A stretch of DNA of 47,702 nucleotides, the filler included, from Catajapyx aquilonaris (Eukaryota): assembly GCA_000934665.2 (NCBI GenBank). It is 2 parts of 2 records of this genome, joined end to end, with 100 filler letters (N's around TTAATTAATTAA, not from the genome) between each part and the next. Parts side by side here need not be neighbours in the genome. Positions count along the whole stretch, not along the records: positions 1 to 23,802 come from JYFJ02005617.1; positions 23,903 to 47,702 come from KZ539384.1. One strand, written 5' to 3'. Below the pieces are notes generated by a model that was given only the letters and a program-made list of their open reading frames with translations, made no database searches and was not told the origin of the DNA. Within the stretch, counting starts at the first letter, position 1; each line of letters opens with the position of its first letter. A program made the position numbers and the translations under genes. Positions 14,101 through 24,361 of the stretch are shown piece after piece.

Positions 14101-14759
14101 ATAAGACTCCTGCACCTCCTAAGACGCGGAAAATGAGTAGGAGGAAGACCGAACTTGATGCGTCCGTTATTATCGGAGGTAAGGGTGCACTTTAGCGCCC
14201 CCATCCACCCACCCATAGTACATGTTTCTATGCATTTCCTGAATCTACTCGACGATCTGAGTCCAATGACACTATTCGTAGGGTGGAGAAACGTTTAAAT
14301 CAAAAGTCATTGAATTTTGAAATTGAAAATAATAACAGTGAATAAATGAAAATAAACTAGTATTTCTTTGTTCAAACTGTTGACTCCCATTGCTGCGTGA
14401 GGGCATCTCCGTGGTAATTTGAAAAGAACCGTAATTTGCAGGTTGTGAGTCCGAAATGTCACTGTCCATCTTGTGGCGGTGTAGATGTTGTGTTACATTA
14501 GCTCACACCCCCCCCCCCTCNCTCTCTCTCTCTGGCGGGCCCGTTAAGAATGTTTGAAAATAATATATCTCTACAGATACATTGCCAACTAAATGGTTAA
14601 CTAAAATCATCGCGCAAGGCGACGTGCCGTGGCTGGCAGGGCCACAAGACAACGTTTCTCCCCTCTACGAATAGTGTCATTCGACTCAGCTCGTCGAGGA
14701 GATTCAGAAAATATACAGAAACCTGCAATATTTTTGGGCGGGCTAAAGCGTATCAAAGC

Positions 14760-16958
14760 ATGATCGGATTGCAAAAGAAGTGTATGGCCTTGTGTGTGGA
14801 TATGGCCTCCTACAAAGAGAAGACTAACAATTTCAAGATTGAGAGCAAGTGGTTGTTGGAACAGGCTGCTCAGACACGCAAGGAAAATGATATGTGAGTT
14901 GCCCAGATCGGTTATTAGGGAACTAGCAAATGATGTTTTATATAGGTGGAGTCGGCCAAATTTCGAAGATGAACTCCTGGGTGTCATTTTGTTCTCCGAT
15001 GTAGCTATACTAGCACTGATGTGCATATACAGGGTGGTCAGTAAATGGCGCCCAAGCTTCAGGTAGCGAGATTCCTTATGAAAAATCAGCATAAGGAAGT
15101 GAAGGTCATATTGGTCTGCGATGCGTGGTTAGGCCTCACGAGGCCTCCGAAAGTGTGACGTCCTCCAGGAGTTTCGGCAGCGCACTCTTTAGGAAGTCCA
15201 AGTTTACTGTTATAATAACTTTCTGTACTTTATCCTTGTATGAACCATTAATTTTTATCTATGAGACATATACACCTGCGTTAAGTCGGTCGGGAAGACG
15301 GTAGGGTCCAATGAGGATGTTGCCGACGATGCCATCCCGGACGTTAATATCCCATCGGACCTGGTGGCCATGCATACGGACGGAGGTGGGGGTTGTCTGT
15401 GGCCCAGTAGTGACAGTTCTTGTGGGTGTTAAATATGCCTTTCCTCGTAAACCATTTCTCGTCAGTCCACAAAATCCTTGGCAGGAAATCTTGGTCGCCG
15501 TCGGCCCTCTTCAGCAGCCAGCTGCAGTATGTTAGGCGATGCGGGTAGTCCAGAGGTGTCAAAGCTTGCGTCCTGGTATAGTGGTACGGGTGCATGGCCT
15601 CTACATGGAGGATATCCAAAACGACTTGATGACTCACGCCAGGATACCGCTTGGCGTACTCTTCTGGGGCGCAGGCGGCCTTTGCCAGCATTCTTTTTCA
15701 CATGTGTATACAGTGTATCGGTATGTGTATGATTAGCATACTCATATCTCCCAGAATATTTCAACCCTCTTTTTAAAAACTAGGAAACTGTACTATCGCT
15801 ACTTGAAGTGATCTTACCTTGACCATGATTCTACCTTAGATGCTAATACAAGTTTCCATCCTTACACTGTGCTGCCAGGTACTTTACTTGGTGCAATAGG
15901 CGCAATGAGACCAAGATAGACGAGCTGAAAGTATTGAATCGGAAGTTGGAAGAGCAGGCTAAGGAAAGGCATGCAGCCCAGTGCGCCACTCTGGCGGAGC
16001 TCAAATATACGAGAAGGCTAGTAGAACAGGAGATGGTGGAATGTCGTTGGGAGAAGTCGAGATCCATAAAAAACATCCCGAAGTTAAAAGAAAGCAACAG
16101 GTTCGTTTTGGCACACTTGTTTCATTGCTGATATTCTGCTAATGATTTTTTTTTTAACGAGCGCAATCGAGTGTCCACCCACACTCGCTATTACTACTGA
16201 TAATGCCAACCGTGCATGTTGCGCGAACTGTGGTGCGCACTCAGTTGAGAGCGTAAAAAAATTCATCTACGGCAGTGATGTTGACTCTCTTGGCTCAAAT
16301 TCGTTGCAGGACGCTGCAACAGACGATGCTAGACATCATTGCACCGCTACTGGCGGAACTTGAGGAGTACAAGGAACAATACGAGGAGAAAACTCGACAA
16401 CTCAAACGCCAGTTCATAAAGTATGATCTGTCCCTTCATACTGTGTAGTGTCCGCCTCTCTATAACTTTTTTAAACCTCTTGCTGCCAGCAGGGAACGTG
16501 ACGAGCTTATCCGAAAGAATCAGAGCGATGTCTGTTGGTGGAACGCTCAAGTTGAGAAGAACGTGAAGCCCCGCATTCGCCAGAGACTGATGTCGCTCCT
16601 GCCCATCAACGTCCAGACACAGAACAACATGTTCACTAACAAGCAGATGACGGATGAGCTGCAGAGAAAGAGGGACAAGCTGGTACAGATGAAGGCGCGT
16701 CTGAAGAGGGAGACGCACTACTGGGCAGACATGAACAGGATGAGGGAGAAGCAGATGAAGGTAGTGAGGAAGGAGGCTATTAACACAACTGCCAGTCAGA
16801 AGACTGGCGAAGAAGCGTCGGTGGAGACGCCGACGACGGAGCAGACACATGTGATGAACACTAGTCCCATGATGACTTATTCGGATGCGGTTCGCAACAT
16901 TATCTTCGTTGCGCAGGAGAGAAAGAGCCGCATTATGCCTGATTCCCCACAGGCTTGA
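14760..16958 (+). CDS. Uncharacterised coiled-coil protein; exons ~14760-14893 (5' edge uncertain), 15879-16100, 16310-16420, 16490-16958
   Basis: All GT-AG junctions are phase 2 and join in frame (…RKENDM|YFTWCNRR…KESNR|TLQQTMLD…QFIN|RERDEL…MPDSPQA*). Sequence is E/K/R/Q/L-rich and helical-looking. Confidence 0.65.
15030..15670 (-). mobile_element. Truncated Tc1/mariner element (Tc3/DD37D-like transposase fragment) in an intron
   Basis: TA|CAGGGTG terminus at 15030. The 15344-15691 ORF contains HPYHY…QAL…D…R…C…ILWTDEKWF…GIFN…N…YWA…NPH, typical of this transposase group. Confidence 0.8.
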
Positions 16959-17945
16959 GGTGCACAACAGAGGACACGTCCCCCATTTAGGCAATAAATC
17001 TAGCAAAATTTTACCGTCACACATGTATTTTTACTCTGCACAATAGGAAGTGAAGCCAAAATGAATTTAAGGGAAATTAATTACAACATTGTAAATGGTA
17101 CCTTCTGTGTCTTGGTCGTTATGGATTAATATTAAACTCTAACTTAACAGTGGTTTGCTTCGGAATCGTTTTTGAAGGACATTGTGTATCTTTTGGGCAT
17201 TTTATCACCTCGTGGATTTGCAAGTTTGGTTTGCGTTGTCAGAATTTGGCCACTTATTGTCTTTCTCTCTGTCCACGACAAGTGACGGAGTTTGGTCTGA
17301 CAGTATCACACTGTATCAAAATCGAGTGAGATGATTTCGAAATTATAGGTTTTCATGTAATTGCTGTTGTTAAGGAGCGTATGTGCTCAGCAGTACAAGT
17401 ATTGCAAAATCGATGCAAAATCGTGGCATCGATAATCATGATGTCGCTAAAACGCAAATATATCCGTCCTTTGTTGGCAGTTTTCTAACAATTCCATCAT
17501 CACAAGCGAATTGGTCTATTCCCTTCCAGTTCTTGGGGTTACAACCTCAGCAGTGTCACTTTTTTGATTACTAGGAAGGGTAATAGGGCCAATAAGTAAG
17601 CTTACAGATTCAGAGAATGTGGTAATTACCGTTAGCATGATCGGCATTTCTCGTATTTTTGAGGCATTCCATGCAGTGTACAGCAGGCGAAGTCCTACTC
17701 CACTGCGCTTATGCAGGGAATTACTTATGATTCATTCAGAATTTCTCTTACTGCGCAAAATACTGATTTCACACTCTTGTCGTAGTTCAGGAATGGTTAT
17801 TCTAGTGTCTACTAGTGTATTTTTAGTCTTTGTCACCTGGTCATGGGAATATAGACAATTGGGTAATGATCTCATTACCTCTGGATGTGTGGCGCATGGC
17901 AAGATTGACAACCTTCCGGCGAATTGTGTGATTCTATAAGCGTAC

Positions 17946-18016
<71 letters not shown>

Positions 18017-18038
18017 AACAACAACAACAACAACAACA
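17946..18038. repeat. Compound microsatellite (AAT)n(CAA)n
   Basis: Directly visible in the sequence. Confidence 0.97.
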
Positions 18039-18180
18039 CGATATTTCCCTATGAGGGGTAGTCAGCGATGAAGGGAGACGCAAGCTAACCCAACATATGA
18101 ACTAATAAAACCAAGAGCTGATAAAACTCATGAGAATAAACCTAAAAACAACCCGTCCCACTCCCCACCCCTGCCCACCT
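18038..18180 (-). mobile_element. Interspersed repeat (probable retroelement 3' end) abutting the (TTA)n tract; second copy at ~30236-30365
   Basis: Near-identical to the reverse complement of 30236-30365 (…TTTCCCTATGAGGGG.AGTCAGCGATGAAGGGAGACGCAAGCTAACCCAACATATGAACTAA…). Confidence 0.8.
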
Positions 18181-18627
18181 CAGAAACAGACACTCAATAT
18201 CTTTAAATATTACACGATGCAATACTGTATACTTTGTCAAAAACAAGCCCCACCCTCCCCCCTCGCCACCAGCCACTACTCCGGACGCCCTGTGTAACGA
18301 GGTACCTCAAATAAGTCCCAACAAGATGTTTCAGTAGAAATGATGTATTGTCCTTGTTAACAATCACAACGTACACGGTTTGGTCGGTGGCCAAAATAAC
18401 GGCTACTATACACTCCGGATGCTCAACCGCACCCCAAGGTGGTTGGTCTCTATCTGATCTACCAGCTCGCCCCACAGTCCAACAACATTCTTATCAGTGT
18501 ATACAACAAATGGGGCAGGTTCATACATGTTAAATGGAAACACCATTACACCCTGGCCACGCCGACGTGTATGGACTTATGGTCTATGGACCTTATCCTC
18601 AGACATATTTACCTATTTACCCATTAA

Positions 18628-18933
18628 TTAACCTACGCCATTTACACCTATCCAAACAAACAACCCTAGCCTCAGCCACGCCATGGTCCTATTGACACAA
18701 GAACGTCTCGGCTTAACACTAGCAACACCCTTAAGACACTGACCCACCTGGTCCAACCATGTCTTCCTAGGCCTACCCTTGCCCCTCTTACCAACTACTC
18801 CACCCAAATAAACCTTCTTCACAATCTCCTCCTCCTTCATCCTCTCCACATGGCCAAACCACCTTAGAGTAGACCTACTCACCTTATCTTTAACAGCCTC
18901 CTTAACATTGTGACCTTCGTAGTTAGGTCGCAA
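18628..18933 (-). mobile_element. RTE-clade LINE ORF2 C-terminal fragment
   Basis: LRWFGHVERM…G.RG.GRPRKTW.D is the characteristic RTE/BovB C-terminal motif. Confidence 0.85.
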
Positions 18934-19289
18934 CTACTGTTCAGGATGGTTCCAAACAAGTAGACTTTCAACTCAGGATTTCCATCTAATGTCACTGCCA
19001 TTTTACAAACAGGGTGAGCGGTTGATTGGGAGGTAATAGGGGTTGTTCAGATGGAGGAGGAAAAGTAGACGGAAAAAGAGGCATGGCCAGTGGCGGCAGG
19101 TGAGCACCACCAAAGGCCTCGATTGGATACAAGGAGACGGTTTATATAGGAAAGTTTGATGCATTGTGGGTATGTACAACTGGAGATAAGATGACATCGC
19201 AGCATGTCCTTGCTCTTCCGAGTCAAACAGAAAAGGTCAGGTTAGATGGATAGGGGATAAGACCTGCACAGTTATCTGTCCAAATTTTG

Positions 19290-20530
19290 CAAGGTCACAC
19301 ACCCCTATGCTCAGATATCGCTAACGGCGACAAGGATAGGGAAGGCATAAATATATACATTTAACACCCAATCTTTCCAATGGACCCGACCCGGTATAGT
19401 TCTCCGACTGCCGGTTCACTTGGGCTCACGTCCCAAACAATATTCAAAGAAACTACTGGCTCAACTAAAAAGAAGCAGTTCACTCTTATCTTGTCAAACC
19501 ATAAGAAAATGGGGCCAGTAGGTTATACGAACACAAAGTCACATTCACCCGGTTGTCACTCACTTCCCCTGAAGATAACACTTTGTCCAGGTTTACTTAG
19601 GGCCATTCATCTTCTTCCAGAAAGGCCGATGAGTAGGTGCCTTCGGGCAGCGTGAGGTCAATGACGAGGCTGTTCTCCGATGCTAAAGGCGGCTGCATCT
19701 CATCGGCGGCAGGGCTGTAGACAGGGGATGACCTCGGTGAAACGTCCTCTCCGGGGCTAGATGGTGGTCCGTCAGCTTCTAACTAGAAGCAACGGACTGC
19801 AAGGGTTCCACCGGGTTTGGTCGAACATGCGGAATGATGTGGCAAAAGGTCGTACCACGCCGGTGGATCCGTCAGCAACAGGCATCACTCCCGTCAGCAA
19901 TTGACGGGTGGGGTCGATATGTAGATCCCAGCTACACATGAAATCCAGCCCCAGTACAATTGGCAGTGCGGCTTCTTGTAGTACTGCAAAAGGCGTCTGG
20001 AAGACGGCACCAGCCAGACGAATGGGCAATTCAGTCCTCCCAATGGGGTGATTCACGTGGTTCTCTGACGACACCAACACGGCGTCACCAAACGGCAGTA
20101 TAGTTGGTTGGAGCCACTCTGGGATGGCCTGGATGACGCTGTTTGACACTGTTGATAGGACCTCCCCAGGACAGATTTGTCCTATCCACACCTTCTCGTA
20201 GACGGCTATCGGCAGCGTGGCTGCAGTCATCATCAGCATCGTGGTTGCATTCAGGAGGCCGCTGGCCATATTCCGGGTTGTAACGGAAAGTTCTTGGATG
20301 ATGCCCCAACAGCAGTTGGAACTCTTTCTAGTCAAGAGTCAAACGAGCGAGTGATTATAGTCCCCGGCGGGTTAACTTGGCAGTCCCCCCACCCAACACT
20401 CCCAGCCAATGGCGTGCCTGGATTGGGATGGGGGGAAATGGAGGAGTCGAGGTGGAGCTGAGGTGGGGTGGGGTTGAGTGACATTCACCGGAACATCCGC
20501 AGGATCAGTCGCCGGATTCTTCGCCGGAAG
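19290..20530 (-). mobile_element. Degenerate, internally deleted Ty3/Gypsy LTR retrotransposon remnant (retropepsin region ~19772-20335)
   Basis: Retropepsin-like stretch …IGRTELPIRLAG…FAVL…IVLGLDF…LHID, with the catalytic DT/SG motif degenerate. A purine tract (AGGGGAAGTGAG) followed by TGACAACC at ~19570-19550 may mark a 3' LTR start. Boundaries are approximate. Confidence 0.55.
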
Positions 20531-20699
20531 CTAGGCCGGATGCTTGAAACCATGTGTACAAATTGTCATTAAAGGTTTGCTTTAAGATGTGTGACGCAAC
20601 AATTCACGTCATCAATATTTCCAAGTTTAATTGTCATCACAGTAGGGCTTAAGAGGTCTGCGTGGCGGAGGGATGTGACGTAGCAGGCAGCGGGAGGTA

Positions 20700-23110
20700 G
20701 GGGAGAGTGGGGCTGGTTGAACCACTTTTTGCCTTAATTTTTTCCCCCCCAAGTCTATTTCACACACCAACAAATTACAAGAAGAATATGATGGTTTAAA
20801 CCACTGGGAACATGTCAATAATAAAATTGTTATTGTTGTAGTTAATTGTTAGGGAGTAAATAATATTTTAAATTACCCATGCAGCTGGTTCAACCTGCCC
20901 CACGAGTGGGGCAGGTTGAACCAGACTATGGGGTTGGTTGAACCAGGGTGCAAAAATATTAAATTCACATGAGTAGGCAATTTTTTATTCCGGCTGCTCT
21001 TAATAAGAGGCTACATCTTTACATATCCAGGCCTACATGGAGTCATCCGAGTCGCAGTTGTGGCACACGTACCACGGCGTGCCCTCAGTACACAACTCAT
21101 GAGCCCACATCTTACAGTCATTACACTGGACCCACTTTTCCCGGGAGATGCTGTTGCTGTACAACTCGTGACACACCAAACAAAATGTTCCTTCCTCCTC
21201 TGAGTCGCTGTCACTCTCGCGCCGACTCTTTCGCACCTGGTGAGTGGACTTCTTTTTGGTCGCCTTCGATGCAGTAGGCCTACCAAGATGCAAATCTTTC
21301 TTGCACTTTGCCTTTGCCTTTGCCTTTGCCATTTCTTTTTCTTCTTCGAGGGCGGCCTTTTCTGGCGTGTCCGTCAAAATAGCCGATTTCCTCCTTTTAC
21401 GTCCACGCCCAGAGGCTATCCTAGGCCCTGCCTTAGGAAAGGGTCTTACCGCTTCCGGGGAAAATTTTCCAGTCTGCACCTCAGCTTCCTCGGATGAGAG
21501 GCCTGCTGATGACGGCCCTGGTTGGTTGTCAGGTGCTGGTGACGTCCCTGGTTGGTTATTAGGTGCTGATGATGCACTTGATTCTGCAAGTTGAAATCAA
21601 TATTAGCCTAGTTAAAAATTTTTAATAGGCCTATTTTTAGCCCAGTAGCCTAGTGTCAATTAAGCTTACCCTCTGTTGGATCTTTCCGGTCAGTCACGAA
21701 TGATGGAGCAAAATCTGCCTCCTGAAAGATATGCTCATTATATGGGTGTATCCCTGTCACCGCAAACCCATTCTTGATGTTGCCTTGGGTAGCTGCCAGA
21801 GTGAATGCCTTTGCAATGCACCCGGGTAGGTCGTAAATGGTCATCGTTTTACCAGGATTATTCCTAAGCCACGCATCTTGGGCAGAATTCATATAGGTCT
21901 TCATTGGTCCGTAAACAGTTCGATCAAGGGGCTGAAGTTTATGGGAGCAGTGTGGTGGAAATGACAGCAGTACAACTCCGTTATCTTTGGCGATGTTCAG
22001 CATCTCTATCCCTAGATGAGACCCATGGTTATCAAGAAGCAAGAGAACAGGACGCTCTTTTGAAGGCTTCACGTGGTTGATGAAGTGGACCAAGAACATT
22101 ACAAAGTTGTCGTCCTTCATCCAGCCTGACTGGTTCGCAGCTCCGATACATCCTGGTGGGCCATCTCGAATAAAATGGTCTTTAAATTTCATTCTGGGAA
22201 AGATCAGCATAGGCGGGACAAAGTTTCCCAGAGCATTCACGGCTACGCAGAAAGTAACCAAAGTCCCTCGTTCGGCTGACGTCACAGCACCGACTTGCTT
22301 GGTTCCCTTGGTAGCCACGATCTTTGATGGCTTTTGCACTGTAGTGACGCCAGTTTCATCTACATTCCAAATATGTGCAGTTTCAAACTTGTAACGATCC
22401 ATGACTTCGCCAAGTTTGCCAAAGAACATCGCTACATTAGTTTTATTGAAACTAGTGGCCCTGGCCAGACTGGTCGCTTCAGGCACCCGAATAGAGAGAG
22501 AAGGATGTCGTCGTAAAAAGCCTCTGAACCAATCTTTCCCAGCCATTTCGCGTTCTTTCCAGGAAGGTGGGATGTCGATGTCGAATGCATTGGCACAGAG
22601 GAAAGCCAATCGGCGTACATCTTGTGGTGTCAGGCCAAAGTAAATGCTCTCTGCTTTCTTAATGTAACTTTGCAGTTCATTTTCATGATCAGAGGAAAAG
22701 ACCTGCCTGTTTCCAATATATCCAACTGGTAGGCTAGGCAGGGCTACAACATTTCCTCCTAGTGGCGGTTCGTCCTGTCCAGTTGCTGACTTCACCTTCT
22801 TCACATATCTCAGCAGCGTCACGTGACTGATGGCAAACTTCTTCGCTGTAGAGCGTAGGGTCTGCTTTTCACTAATAACCTCAAAAGCCGCCCTTCTCAT
22901 AATGTCAGGGGGAGTGTTCCCCTTCTCCGACTTTCGCACATAAGTACGCACCATTCTGAGAACGAAAATCCCTAAGTTAATGCATAGTATTTCCTGGCAT
23001 TCCTGCCATAGTGTACGATATAGCACTTGAAAAATGCACCATTATAGGTGTGGGGCAGGTTGTACCACCGGTTCAACCTGCCCCACCCCATAATGGTACG
23101 ACCTGCCCCA
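20700..23110 (-). mobile_element. pogo-superfamily (Fot-like, DD35D) DNA transposon
   Basis: TA|GGGGAGAGTGGGGCTGGTTGAACC terminus at 20700. GGGGCAGGTTG(A/T)ACC subterminal motifs recur in both orientations at ~20709-20945 and ~23050-23110. Encodes a transposase. Confidence 0.85.
21033..22954 (-). CDS. Transposase: psq-like HTH + CENP-B/Tc5 HTH + DDE_1 + C-terminal PHD finger; exons 22954-21670 and 21583-21033 (~611 aa)
   Basis: MVRTYVRK start; AGKDWFRGFLRRHPSLS; NVDETG, LLLDNHGSH, LQPLD with 35 aa between D2 and D3. An 86-nt GT-AG intron (21669-21584) joins in frame to CLVC…WVQCNDCKMWAHELC…YVCHNC. Confidence 0.88.
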
Positions 23111-23802
23111 CAGCATATATTTCACATTCATCCGCAAGGAGGAGTCTTTACCATATCCAGGCAGTCAAGCCTAGTCATACTGTTACCTCCTCTAATGGCG
23201 GGTTGCACCGGCTCTCGAAAAGATGTTTCCGCCCGGAAAGTAGAACAAATCCAGTCGAATAGTTCGAAAAGTGTTGCACCGCCACCCGAATTCCGTTTCC
23301 AGGCGCCTTTTCGATCGAATACTTTTACCCCACCCCGAACGGGCCGAATAGTGACTATTCGGGTCGAAAAGTTGTTCGGTGGCTGAAATTCAAGATGGCC
23401 GCCGGTCACTGACCTCGAAGGTTATCCCCGTTCGATCCCGAGGATTCAAGCCTGCAGGAGGTGTTATTCCCCACCCGTTCATTCAGATCAGGTGAGCGAT
23501 GATTGCGCACACATAAATTTGCATGAATTTAGTTTAAATTAATTTAAATTAATTAAAATCGAAAAACAGGTATATTTCACCACTTTTTTGGGGGCCTAAA
23601 GTATGTTTCAAGGGCAAGCACTCACTAGTCTTATTCTTCATTGCTTCCAATTATATTTATAAATTATTGTGGTGCATTTGGGCAGCAGAATTTAGGTACG
23701 AGGACATATAAATGAAGTCATTCAGGGGAAATACATAGCGCTATGCAGAGCTAACAAGTAATAATTTTGCCATAGTGCAGGATGTGTACTGGTACGGCAG
23801 TT

Positions 23803-23902
23803 NNNNNNNNNNNNNNNNNNNNNNNNNNNNNNNNNNNNNNNNNNNNTTAATTAATTAANNNNNNNNNNNNNNNNNNNNNNNNNNNNNNNNNNNNNNNNNN
23901 NN
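23803..23902. other. Artificial scaffold-joining linker (44 N, TTAATTAATTAA, 44 N)
   Basis: Symmetric, exactly 100-bp gap with a central 12-mer that places stop codons in all six frames. Confidence 0.9.
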
Positions 23903-24038
23903 TGTGTGCTGCTATTGGCAGCTAATATTTTCGATGGCGCTGAAGTGGGACATTTTACACGTCGCTGCTACGTCATCGCAAAATCACTGCTATTAATCGG
24001 CGTTATAAAACGACACTTGAAGTTGGACCACCCTGTAT

Positions 24039-24081
<43 letters not shown>
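23903..24081. mobile_element. Right end of a Tc1/mariner-type element followed by (AAT)n
   Basis: …GACCACCCTG|TA at ~24026-24037 is the reverse complement of the CAGGGTGGTC terminus seen at 15030; (AAT)n follows at 24040-24081. Confidence 0.55.
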
Positions 24082-24361
24082 TCCGGGTAGTGCTTGGCCT
24101 CTCGGCATGTAGCACGGTCCTTTATTTGTACAATGTACAGACTAAGGGGGAGTTGTTCTGTTTCTGAATTATAATTTTATTCAACACCCTGCTAGTCCTT
24201 ATTTTTATGTATGACCCAATCAAATACAGTGAAAATGAACAACAAACATGACATGAATAATTACTATGCTGAATATCACAGTGCCCATTTCTTTAGCCAT
24301 TAAGTTAATGGCCAACAAGGTTTTTTTATGGCTCTATACCATTACTTTCTAATGTCTCCAG

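Noticed and set aside
18035..18075. Hammerhead-ribozyme-like string CTGAC-T(A/G)-CCCCTCATAGG-GAAA-T(A/G)TC at the end of the (TTA)n-associated repeat (also 30330-30370)
   Set aside because: The required CUGANGA core is broken in both copies (G8 is U), and stems II and III do not fit cleanly. A cleavage assay or covariance model would be needed to revive it.
20880..20945. CRISPR-like or operator-like short repeats (also 23050-23110 and 46328-46400)
   Set aside because: They occur in mixed orientation without unique regular spacers, no cas genes are present, and the context is eukaryotic; they are transposon subterminal repeats.
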